DNA of 60,876 nucleotides, filler included, from Dirinaria sp. TL-2023a (Eukaryota): NCBI GenBank assembly GCA_051941275.1. It is 12 parts of 12 records of this genome, joined end to end, with 100 filler letters (N's around TTAATTAATTAA, not from the genome) between each part and the next. Parts side by side here need not be neighbours in the genome. Positions count along the whole stretch, not along the records: positions 45,797 to 50,760 come from JAVEBF010001746.1; positions 50,861 to 55,819 come from JAVEBF010001747.1; positions 55,920 to 60,876 come from JAVEBF010001748.1; 9 more parts are not named here. One strand, 5' to 3'. Shown piece by piece: positions 50,587 to 60,876 of this stretch (position 1 is its first letter; each line of letters starts with the position of its first letter). The notes under the pieces were generated by a model. It saw only the letters and a program-made list of their open reading frames with translations, ran no database searches and was not told where the DNA came from. The position numbers and the translations under genes were made by a program.

Positions 50587-50987
50587 GTCCGTCCATGCTG
50601 CCTCTTATTTCTTCCGCCCCCAATCGCGTCAGACAACATGCTTGGCATACCTGCTTTGCAACAGACATCTTTCTATGATACTCTTGAAGGGCCTTGTAGC
50701 GTCCGCCCCTCTTCAAATGACCCTCAATCCATCATGGCGCCGTCATATTCCAGAGCTTCGNNNNNNNNNNNNNNNNNNNNNNNNNNNNNNNNNNNNNNNN
50801 NNNNTTAATTAATTAANNNNNNNNNNNNNNNNNNNNNNNNNNNNNNNNNNNNNNNNNNNNGTATCAAGATCTATGTATGTATTGTATTTACAAAATCGGT
50901 CTTTGCCCGCCCACCTCGCAATTAAATGCCGCAAATACAATGCCATGAGAAAAATACTCCCGAGACTTCATCAACAAGGTAATCAAA

Positions 50988-53900
50988 TCACGCTCCGACC
51001 TTCCTCCTCTCCCACAGATCCTCAAACAGGCAATTCTTTCTCCCCACCACGCCATCCTTCAGATCCAGCCCCCTCACGACCTGAAAGCCGCCGGTGCCAA
51101 GCCTCATGCTCTGGCCCAGGATGATGCACTCGCTGACGCCCTCGATACGATCGGTCTTCATCTTGGCGGCCGCGTCGAAGAGGTGGTCGGAGGTCTTCTC
51201 GAAGCTGGCGAGCTGCAGGACGCTGTCGCGCATCTTGGCGAGGCCGAAGCGGGTGATGCCGAGGATCTCGCCCTTGTACGTCATGACGTCGGCCAGGAGC
51301 TGCATGTGGCGCGGGTCGATGTCCATGTCGCCCATGACGGTGCGGATCTCCTTGACGATGGTGCTGCGCGCCGCTTCGATCCCCAGCACGGCCGCCACCT
51401 CGGCGATGCTGTTCGTCGTCGTCCGGAGCCCGTTGATCCCGTCCGTCGTCATGCACGCGTGCAAGCCGTAGCCTTCGACGTACAGCCTGTGGCTTTTCTC
51501 CCGTTCGTCCGATTTGATCACCGCGCGCGTCACGTGCGGGTATCCTCGGATCGGGATGTCCGGGAGGAAGCGTTTGATCGCTTGGGTGCGCAGGTAGATT
51601 TCCGTGGCTTCCTTCTTCGCCGCGGCTGTTGCTGGTTTGGCGGCTTTGGAACCTTTCTCGGCGAGCGGTTGGACTTGGATGCGGATGAAATTCCGCCAGA
51701 CGCGCATGTGACTGGTGCTGAGCTTGAGTTTCTTCTGCTTGACGATCGCGGTGGCGATATCCGCGGTCGTGATTTCGAGGTCCAGTTTCTTGATGGTCTC
51801 GTAATCGACGCAGAGGTTGATGTACATTTGTGCAACGTTACATCCGGTCTCGATGTAGTGAACGACATCCTTGATATAAGTCTTCTCGATGCGGCCTTTG
51901 GCGACCTTCGCCTGGGTTATGTTCTGAGAATCGTGAAGCTCGCAGGTAATCAGTGGTGTACTAATGGCCTTGGACCCGTTGATGATCTCTTTGATTCGCG
52001 GCACACCTTGCGTCAAGCTCATGCCGGCGACACCAGCGAAGTGGAAGGTTTTTAGGGTCATTTGAGTTCCTGGCTCCCCGATTGACTGGGCCCCAACGGC
52101 TCCAACGGCGTGCCCGGGCTCGGTGTTTGCGCGGCCATACTTGTAAAGACAGGCTTGAATAAAGGCCGTCAATGTTGTATGAGAAAGCTTAGCTATACGA
52201 TCAGTAGCATCTGCAGCTGATATAACCAGGTCATATTAGTATGCGGTCGCGCTACCAGTACCCCGGGGTGTATTACCTTTAGAGACAGCGCCCAGATTCT
52301 TTCGACGTGATACCTCACACTTTCCGAGGCCAGGCGGGAGGCCCAGCTTCTTGCGGGCAGCAGCGAGCTCATCAGCCTTTCGATGCACAAATTCTTCAAT
52401 CGACTTGAGGAATTCTCTGCCGCTTTCCTTTTGATCAACTGCTGCATCGCTCTGATCCATATATTCTATTGTTTCCCCACACGCGGACAAACGGCCATAT
52501 TTCAAACGCTCAGCCGAGAGCAAATCATTGCAGGTCGCTTTGATCTCCCAGGGCAACAGACTTGGTTCATCGTTATTCCAAGTCGTTGTCTCGGCGTGGG
52601 TAAAGGTCCTTTCAAAATGGACCGGCTTCGCTTTGCCTTCCATGTCGACAGGGTCAAGGTTGTCATCGCCGTATTGGAACTGGACAATGTGCGACGCTGA
52701 ATTGCGGACGGTGGAGTCATACTGTGTGGAAAGGTCCTCGAGAGATTTCATTAGTCGCCGAGACATATAGCCCGTTTCAGCTGTCTTGACAGCAGTATCG
52801 ACAAGACCCTCACGGCCAGATATAGCATGAAACAAGAACTCGCTAGGGCTTAAACCCGTAAAGAAGCTGTTGCGAACGAAACCTTTCGAGGGAGGCTGAC
52901 GGGCGTTCTTGGGGAAATGGGGAAGACTACGGTCTTGGAATCCATCAGCAACGCGCTCGCCGCCGATTATTTGTTGCCCAACAACAGCCACCATCTGTGA
53001 AACGTTGATATCAGATCCCTTCGATCCACACGCTGCCATAATTAGGGCGGAATTCCTTCTGCTAAGCTCTGCAAGACAAAGATCTCCAGCCTGCTTTCGG
53101 ACTTTGCTGAGGATTTGCGATATGTCAGTCTCCAATGTCGATTCATTGTCCATGCCCTGGTGCCTTTCAAGCTTGCCATCCTTGAACCGCGCGATCAGTG
53201 CATCACACTGAGCATACGCTGTCTCGATGAGCTTCGTCTTCGATGCGGTTAACTTGGGGCCAGGGTAGACATCGTTGATGCCAATGGAGAACCCCTGATC
53301 AGTGAGCCATCGAGCCGCAAGCTTAGCCAAACGGCCCATCGCTTCCACAGCAGCACCAGGTCCGAAATCCCGAAGGATCACGTAGAAAATGGAATCTTTC
53401 TTTCCAGATCCGATAGTAGATTTGTCCATGACACCACACATAACCTCGGAGTTGCGGACGCATAGCCAGCTATCATTCTTGTCCAGATCTCGCGGTTGGC
53501 CCGGCACGACCCTGTACTCACGGCCCATGCCATCCAGATTTACTAGGACTGGCGAGGCTTTGTTGGGCCGCATCATAATATTGAAGACTTGCTTGCCAGT
53601 CCAGAGAGCCACAGGCTTCAGAACAGTGGGCGGTGGCAAATCCAGCTGCATGTTCGCTCCAGCCATGGACATACATAGGTTGGTGAACGTCTTGCGATCG
53701 AAAAAGTTGTCCTTACTGCTTAACAGATAAGCTGCGGTTATGAAGTCTTGTATGGCGGAAATGATGGGTTCGCCATTCTTCGGTGTAACCAAGTTGTGTT
53801 TCACCCCCATTAACTCATGCGCCTCTGCCTTGGCTTCTTCAGTCTGAGGAACATGAAGATTCATCTCATCTCCATCAAAGTCGGCATTGTAAGGATTACA

Positions 53901-55507
53901 AACACACTCGTTCAATCGAAAAGTACGGCTCGGTCTCACTTTAACGTAATGACTTAGAATACTCAGCTTGTGCAGGGAAGGCTGCCTGTTGAAGAGCACA
54001 ACATCGCCGTCTTCGAGATGGCGCTCAACGATATCACCAATCTGTAGATTCTCTGCATGCTGACTCAGGTTGCCGTACCTCAGAAATTGTTTGATCCCCT
54101 GTTCCTTCTTGGTTATATAGTTCGCTCCCGGCCATTTTTTGGCCCCGTTCCTGACCCTGACTCTAAGCTTGTCAATGTTGTAGCGAGAAACTTGCTCAGG
54201 GTATGTCAGGTCTTTCGCTACCAGTTGGGGAACTGCAACCTCATCGATTGCAAGGTTGGGGTCAGGCGAGATGACCGTCCTTCCAGAGAAATCCACGCGT
54301 TTTCCCGATAGATTACCTCGGAAGCGGCCCTGCTTGCCTTTCAAGCGCTGGCAAAATCCTCTGATTGCTTTGCCGTAAGTTGGTGTTGGAATCCCAGGGA
54401 CGTCGCTGTTGACATAGATGGCTATTTGTATCTGCAAGAAGTCCCACTGCTCCATGATGGTTTGCACAGGCTGGCCACTCTGAAGGCCCTCTTTGATCAG
54501 ATTATTGACATGCACAATGTCGGAAAGCTTGGAAGTGATATCGTCTTCCGTGCTAGCGAGGTCCTGCTTCACGGAAGGTCGGATGCATACTGGGGGGGCA
54601 GGTATATACTGCCAGATGAACATTTCTGGTCGACCTTCAGCGGGGATCATGCCCAGTAATTCGCAGTCTTCATTAGGGATTAATTTGAACAGGTTAAGCA
54701 CTCTGAGCGGGTTCAAGTCATCCACTGCCTTCTTGATATGTCTGTCCACCTCGGCATGGATTTTCCTTGCTTCTTCAAATGAACGTTCGAAAAGGACCTT
54801 CTCGCCGGGTTCTACCTTCTTCTCGGCTTTGGAGTTGTTGTACCTACTAAATTGCTCGTGGACGATTTTCAATGGATGCTGTCCGACTTTCTTGACGGCG
54901 CCGTTGAGAGTGCCGCAGTAGAAGCAACGATGCGTTTTGCGGCATACCTCGTTGATCCGCTTGCATATCTGAGTTCGGTGTAGGCTATCTCTTGCCCGGC
55001 GCAGCTCGCGAAGATATTTTCGACGCTCCATCTCTGGTAGCAAAATACGTCCGCATTGCTGTCGCCATTAGTCTGCGGCCATCGATGGCTTACGGGATCG
55101 TACTTTGCAGATGCCCTGAAGTATGGCAATGGTCAACCGTAGGTAGCCGATGTGCAAAGCGGGCAGTGCCAGTTTGACGTATCCAAAGTGCCCGTTGCAT
55201 AGCTGCAGAGTCTCACCGCAAGTCTTACAGAAGCTGTCTTTGCTCGAGATACCCATACGAGCGTCGAGAGGCCCATTGCTCTGTATTGCGCGGTCGCGCG
55301 CCAAGTCGTAAAGGTTGCGGTCACAGACTTCGAGTACCCCTTGATTCACAATATCCTGGTTCGACCTGTGCAACTGTCATCCTCCGAACGATTCATGGCA
55401 AAGGTGATCCGAGCTCACAGTATCCCGAATTTGAGTTCTTTAATGCGCTTGGGCACGGTGTCCACCACCTGCTCCTTCACTGCCTCCGCTACCGACGCAG
55501 ACTGCAT
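50988..55507 (-). CDS. RPC1: DNA-directed RNA polymerase III largest subunit, 4 exons
   Basis: Exons 55507-55419, 55365-55104, 55058-52277, 52216-50988. Zn motif [50 protein letters not shown] and [13 protein letters not shown]. No heptad CTD. Confidence 0.96.
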
Positions 55508-55919
55508 TTTGATGGTCACCCGTCTTCAAGACGATAGATTGCTCTGTCAGAAAATAGCAAATGCGATTGCATTATTTCCGTAATATCTGGTGCAGAGCGG
55601 CGGCTGGACGCGCGAGAACGGGTGTTAAGGATTTGGTCTTGACTCACACTACGTAATGCATTGAGAAGTCCCAGTATAAAGTAGGTACGAGTACTCGTAC
55701 TTGTACATAATTTACAAATGATTAACCGCAAGTGGGACTTTGGTGGGGCACATGCACTAGGCGATATCGCCTATGGCGCAGCACCGAAGCGCCGCCTCGG
55801 CCATGGGCACCCCATAAACNNNNNNNNNNNNNNNNNNNNNNNNNNNNNNNNNNNNNNNNNNNNTTAATTAATTAANNNNNNNNNNNNNNNNNNNNNNNNN
55901 NNNNNNNNNNNNNNNNNNN

Positions 55920-55955
55920 TCAAGCTTCAAGCCTCAAGCCTCAAGCCTCAAGCCT
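55920..55955 (+). repeat. (TCAAGCC)n heptamer tandem repeat at contig start
   Basis: tcaagcttcaagcctcaagcctcaagcctcaagcct read directly. Confidence 0.8.
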
Positions 55956-58900
55956 TACTTAAGCCTCAGCCTGAAAGCGCGAGGGGTTGAAAAGTTACAT
56001 GTAAGATTACCTTGACCGATAGAAGACGAAGTGGAAGCGCTAGTACTGAGAGCGCTAGTCCTCGTACGGGAAAAGAGCATTGATTAGCTAAGCCCGAGGC
56101 TAACCCAAGTTTGCCTGAATCGAATCAGAATGTGTACGAGAATACTATGGTTAGTAGTAGAAACATCTGGACAGTAGGTAGTCGACCATTGATTCCCCGA
56201 GATTGTGTAGTCACACGCCCGAAGAACATGCTCATGAAGACGCATCGTCAAACTAACAAGTCATCAAAGCTGTAACACAGCAGGAGGTTTCCTTGACGTA
56301 TCCTCAACAGGAAAAGGACTGACTCAATGCGCTAATAATGAAACGAGCGATCAATTTTGCCGAGGCGCAGGTACTATCAGTCAGAACATAGACTGCATAT
56401 TCTGTCTATCCACAGTCGTGATAAGCCAAGGACGAACTCTCCGACCTGTCCAAAAAGGTCTCAAATGAGACGCCCGGCTATTGGCGTGATGTACAGCATA
56501 CTATCGATGACGAGAGACAGTGGGAATTCTGCTTGAAATCCCTCATGAGGACGATCGCAGAAAGGCAAGGGAGCGCTTTAGCGGCCCGTTGGCCTGGAGT
56601 GGTACCAACATAGCCATCGGCACGAATAACTACTCGAAACTCCTCTATTTTGAATGCTCGTCTCATCGTATGGCATTGAAAGTCAATGGCTGGTACTCGA
56701 CAGAGAGGTAAGTCTCAAAGAGTTCGTTTGGAGAATTGACTTGCTCGAAACGTCGAGAATTTCGCTCATGCCCAGCCTCTCTGCAAGGTTATGTCCTGTC
56801 TTTATAATAGCTACAACCATGCTAGCAACTCTCTCTTTAGTGTCATCAAAACGGTCTTTCTTAAGAGGATAATTGTATGCCTGCGGTCTTTTACTAGTCC
56901 CTATCCAATGTTTGCTTTACGCTTTACCTTCTCTTCCTGTTGCGGACTAGTTCTGGCTTGTCCGTGGGTTCGGCACCACCTTTGGCAAGTCCATGTCCAG
57001 TGCTTTTCTAGGCAGTCAGCCTCATACTTTGTGCAATCGCTGTTGGGAGATAGTGCGGGATCTCTCCAAGGAAGCATTTACCTTTAGGCGCTTTTGGATC
57101 TTTCTTCTTGCGAGTTTCCCTTGGTAGCGCCAACGAAGCTCACGTTGCCACTTCGACCTCCTCTGCCACTATCTTTCATGTCCCTGCTCTGACCTGCTGC
57201 TGCTACTCCATCCCATGGCATTTCCCGGCTAGGTGCATGTTGACACATCAACATAGGGTCAATTTGGGACACTCCCGATCCTTCAATATCTTTGCTGCCG
57301 CTGTACTTGCCCATATCGCGGCAGACAGGTATGTACTGTTTTTCTTCCTTGCCGGCTCGAGCTCGCAAACGTGTGTCGCTAGAGCCATCTTCCTTAGGAA
57401 GCGCTATGGGCCGGTCGAGATGCTTCTGTCTGCTCGAGAGGTATCTGTCGATGTCCTTGGGTTGTGGATACCTGCCATCTTTCTGGGAAAATTGTGCTCC
57501 ACAGCCGTAGGTATCCATCCGCATTTGGGGTTCTCTTTTCTGTACGAAGTGTTCCTTTGGCATGTTTGGAGGCATGGTCAACACTCTTGTACAAAGAAGG
57601 CCTTCGTGGTGAATTTCGCTGCTCTTAGTCAAACTAGGTTTGCAATTCTACGTGATTGTTATCTTTCTCGGTCGGGGCAAATCTAAGAGGTATCCCACGG
57701 GTAAGGGAGCAGTGCCCGACGTAGCTTTTATAGCCACATGATCCATCAAAGAGAATCGAGGCCTCGATCGTTGCCCCTGATACAGCTATGGTAAAATGGG
57801 CGCCTTTTCCAATACAAGGCTCAGCTTTCAGCCAATATCGGGTGACTGGAAGGAAAAAAGAGGCCGCATCGAAGATGGCGCATATTTCTGGGCTATGATT
57901 TGCTGAGCGATTAACGAATGAAAAGTTCATTACTTCGGGGACCATAGGTATGTGATAGGTTTTCCTTGCAGGCCTCTGAAGATATATGGAACTGGGAGTG
58001 TCTGTGATTGGCTCTGTCTTGGGGCCTCGAACAACGTCGTATTATTATGCATGCGAAGGCCTTGTTCCATACTTGCTTCCCCGAATTTGTCCGGCCATGC
58101 TGTCATCGTTGGTGAAAATTTGCAGGCTCTACCCGATGTCCAGGCAAGTACGGAAGCCCGTTGCTTGTCTTACCGATATGTGCCATGCTTCATGTTCGTA
58201 ATCCCTTTTGGAGCCGCTAACCGTGATAATCATACAACTTGAAGGAGTAGTCGAGTTGAGGGCGGCTTTAAATAGTGAACTAGTCTGTCATCTCATGCGT
58301 ATATTTGCTTATGGCATATAGCGCCCCGCAATGGCTTTTTCATCCACTTCTCATGGGTTAGAATGACTAGGTATTCGGGAGTCATGTTGTCTCAATGCAC
58401 TAGCTCTCACATGAGATGCAAGGCCTCAATTTAGCGTCCGAAGAAGTCGACCCAGCTCTTGGCAAGGCTGTTATTTTTCCCACGCACGCATACTTCTTTT
58501 AGAGCATAAGCATCCAGAAAGGAGATGACGAAATCCGATAGCAAATTTCCCAGTGCAAGATGAATCTGGAATGAATCTAATAGATCAGCACAGATCGACT
58601 GCAAATAAAGATCAGACTTATTGATCGTATCCTACATGTAGTAAGGAGTTCTTTTCGTCCAAAAATTACGTATGATGCAGACCCCTCGACCGCCGTCCGT
58701 GGTACTGTACAGTATAAGGTAAGGTACCTTATACAGGCGAGGCAGGCTAAAACCAAGCATGTCTAACCGGTGCTTTGCCCTTGGAGGCCGCCTATCGGAG
58801 TGTCAGCTCGGACTTTAACCACCGCCAATGAGAAGCGAGCATTAGGGGCCAAGGCAAGATGCGGACCAACATAAATATCTGATTGATGCGCAGATTCTTC

Positions 58901-59204
58901 CTTTCTTCTCACATTCTTGACCATTTGGTAACCCTTGGGTAAGCTAGGCTTCGGCCTAGCTTATATCACAGTTAGCCTGTGGTACGTCCTTCTCGAACAG
59001 TATCTTGGCCCGGCTTGGGGCAAGCCGTCATACATCAGGTAAGGCCGTCAACGGGCTTCGGCTTGGAGACTTGCTTCCGATTCACTTTCCCCTCTTTTTA
59101 AAATGATACAAATCTGCTCTACAATTTGTTTGACTTTGAAAAGCTTTTCTTTGTACGAGTAGACACTAATTGGTTCTACCTGCAGTATCTTCAAAAACTC
59201 CGCA

Positions 59205-60110
59205 GTGAGCGCTATTTCTCAGCCTAATTATACATACCGTAGACCACCGGATGGGCGGGCTTCCGAGTATCACTCGTTCAATCAATTTCAGACATTAGGA
59301 GAAGGAGACTCGTCCCTACGATTACCTAACTGCACCACATCAAAATATGTATCGGATGACCCTGTCAGATGGGAACTGGATAATACGCTCAATGCACGCC
59401 ATGATCCTCCAAGTGAAGACTTGCTTTCCGGGTCTAAGGCACCGGGGTATGACGACCTCTTGAGCGCATATCAAGGACCCATAAGAGAAGGTATAGAGAT
59501 ACCAGTCTATCAAAATGGTTATTCTGAGAAGCAGCCATTCAATGTCACGAGCACGAATCTACTCCTTCCCTCTGATTTTGATTTGGAACACGATTGTATC
59601 AGCAGCAGCAATTCCTTTTTCGATCCCAATTATTCGCCCATACCAGACCTCCTGCCCACCTATGGGACACCCGATGACGATCAACTTATCTCAGAATCCA
59701 GTGAAGCGCCAACTCTATCCCGGTCTTCACTTTGCTCGCTCTCACATTCCGAGACTGCTAAAACACCTCCTGTGCCCGTAGCCAGTCTCCCATCCGCCAA
59801 ACTCGCACCTTTAAAAGCGCCGCTACCCAGCAACGAATCCTCAAAGTCTATCATAGTGTCCAGAAGCCCAGCGTTAAGATGCGCAGATTGCCGACGAGCC
59901 TTCGCATCTAGGAGCCGTCTAGAGCGTCGCCTGATATCCCACGTACGCTTTGTATGCAATAAGGGCTGCGTAAAAAGCTTCACATCAGAGAAGGACCGAA
60001 GGCGCCACGAGGATAATATTCACGGCGGCCAAAGCTCTCAATGCGAGATATGTGGTCGCAAGGGTCGTAAAGACAATATAAAGAGGCACATGAAGACGCA
60101 TGGGAATTAA
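59205..60110 (+). CDS. C2H2 zinc-finger protein (true start probably in an upstream exon)
   Basis: C-terminal fingers CADC...LERRLISH (degenerate), CNKGC...RRRHEDNIH and CEIC...RKDNIKRHMKTH, after an acidic Ser/Pro-rich region. The ORF begins at GTG with CAG acceptors nearby. Confidence 0.75.
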   Translation: MSAISQPNYTYRRPPDGRASEYHSFNQFQTLGEGDSSLRLPNCTTSKYVSDDPVRWELDNTLNARHDPPSEDLLSGSKAPGYDDLLSAYQGPIREGIEIPVYQNGYSEKQPFNVTSTNLLLPSDFDLEHDCISSSNSFFDPNYSPIPDLLPTYGTPDDDQLISESSEAPTLSRSSLCSLSHSETAKTPPVPVASLPSAKLAPLKAPLPSNESSKSIIVSRSPALRCADCRRAFASRSRLERRLISHVRFVCNKGCVKSFTSEKDRRRHEDNIHGGQSSQCEICGRKGRKDNIKRHMKTHGN

Positions 60111-60876
60111 CGAAAAGAAACCGCGCAAATGAGGTTAGAGCAAGCTTCTAAGAACAGTATATCGGATTTCGTCATGAAAGGGATTCGTATGAAGGTATCG
60201 CTGCTGTTCATTCGTAAGAGCTGGAAATAATGTATATAGTTCCTGCAGCTGGTCTGTATGATCGTGGGAAGCCTGAATTTAATGATGAACGAGCTTTCTT
60301 TGCACGTGCACCTTCGACTCTAGTAACTGCACAATCATGGAATAATTCGTCGCCAAATAATTGGTACCTTTTATCATAATTACATCAAATCTTTGCGACG
60401 AAGTGAAGTATTAGAATATCAGCACGGCTGTAAATAATTTTGACATGGTTCTGCAGCTGAAGTTTTGAATCTCCGTCATACTACCATGCTCAAGCAGCAT
60501 TAGGTGCTTTTTACCCCAGCGTATTATAAAACATTTTCATCATAATATCGTTGATACCGTTCCATTATAACTTGCCAACGGGTTGAAGATTAGTTTGATG
60601 CGTCGTTTTGTTTTGTTTTTGTTTTTTAAAAAAAAGAGATGAGAGATGAATTCAAGAGCAGAAATTATACCCTTTTGATCCAAAGTCTGGAAAAGGGCGC
60701 AGCTAGAGAACGCCTGACTACATATAAATTACAAAAGCAATTTATTTCTCGAAGGAGATTATATATAGCAAGTAATAATAAGTCCCCCCAAATCGTGGCA
60801 ATCACCTTTCTATGAATAAAAAAAAAAAAAAAAAAAAAAAAAAACAACCCACCTAAACCAATTCCGTTGTCCCGTC

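Noticed and set aside
51183..52055. 290-aa plus-strand ORF, and similar antisense ORFs over the AA5, pac2, OAH and GH85 genes
   Set aside because: Shadow ORFs caused by GC-rich codon usage of the real gene on the opposite strand.

Overview
Intron-containing filamentous ascomycete (Pezizomycotina) DNA; some features suggest a lichen-forming fungus, but that is inference. The window is not one locus. It is 12 contigs of about 5 kb, sorted by decreasing length (5010 down to 4957 bp) and joined by identical artificial 100-bp linkers (N44-TTAATTAATTAA-N44), so adjacency is meaningful only within a contig. Recognisable genes: partial alpha/beta hydrolase, BBE/VAO-type FAD oxidase, AA5 copper radical oxidase, Esc1/DevR-like bHLH factor, partial threonine aldolase, oxaloacetate acetylhydrolase, SAH1, UPF0643-like protein, Pac2-type WOPR regulator, BTB protein, GH85 ENGase, an HxGH nucleotidyltransferase-like protein, RPC1 and a C2H2 zinc-finger protein. 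Two loci stand out. (1) 35804-40249 is a candidate fungal RiPP (dikaritin-type) cluster: a spliced 51-aa secreted peptide ending DDYLGGFFK, whose spliced product the ORF track misses, lies next to a DUF3328/UstYa oxidase and a cytochrome P450. (2) 21313-23736 is a 6-exon gene fusing a HeLo-like N-terminal domain to a divergent G-alpha domain. A TACCT/AGGTA-based palindromic motif recurs in intergenic DNA of most contigs. All exon models were derived by eye and no database search was run.
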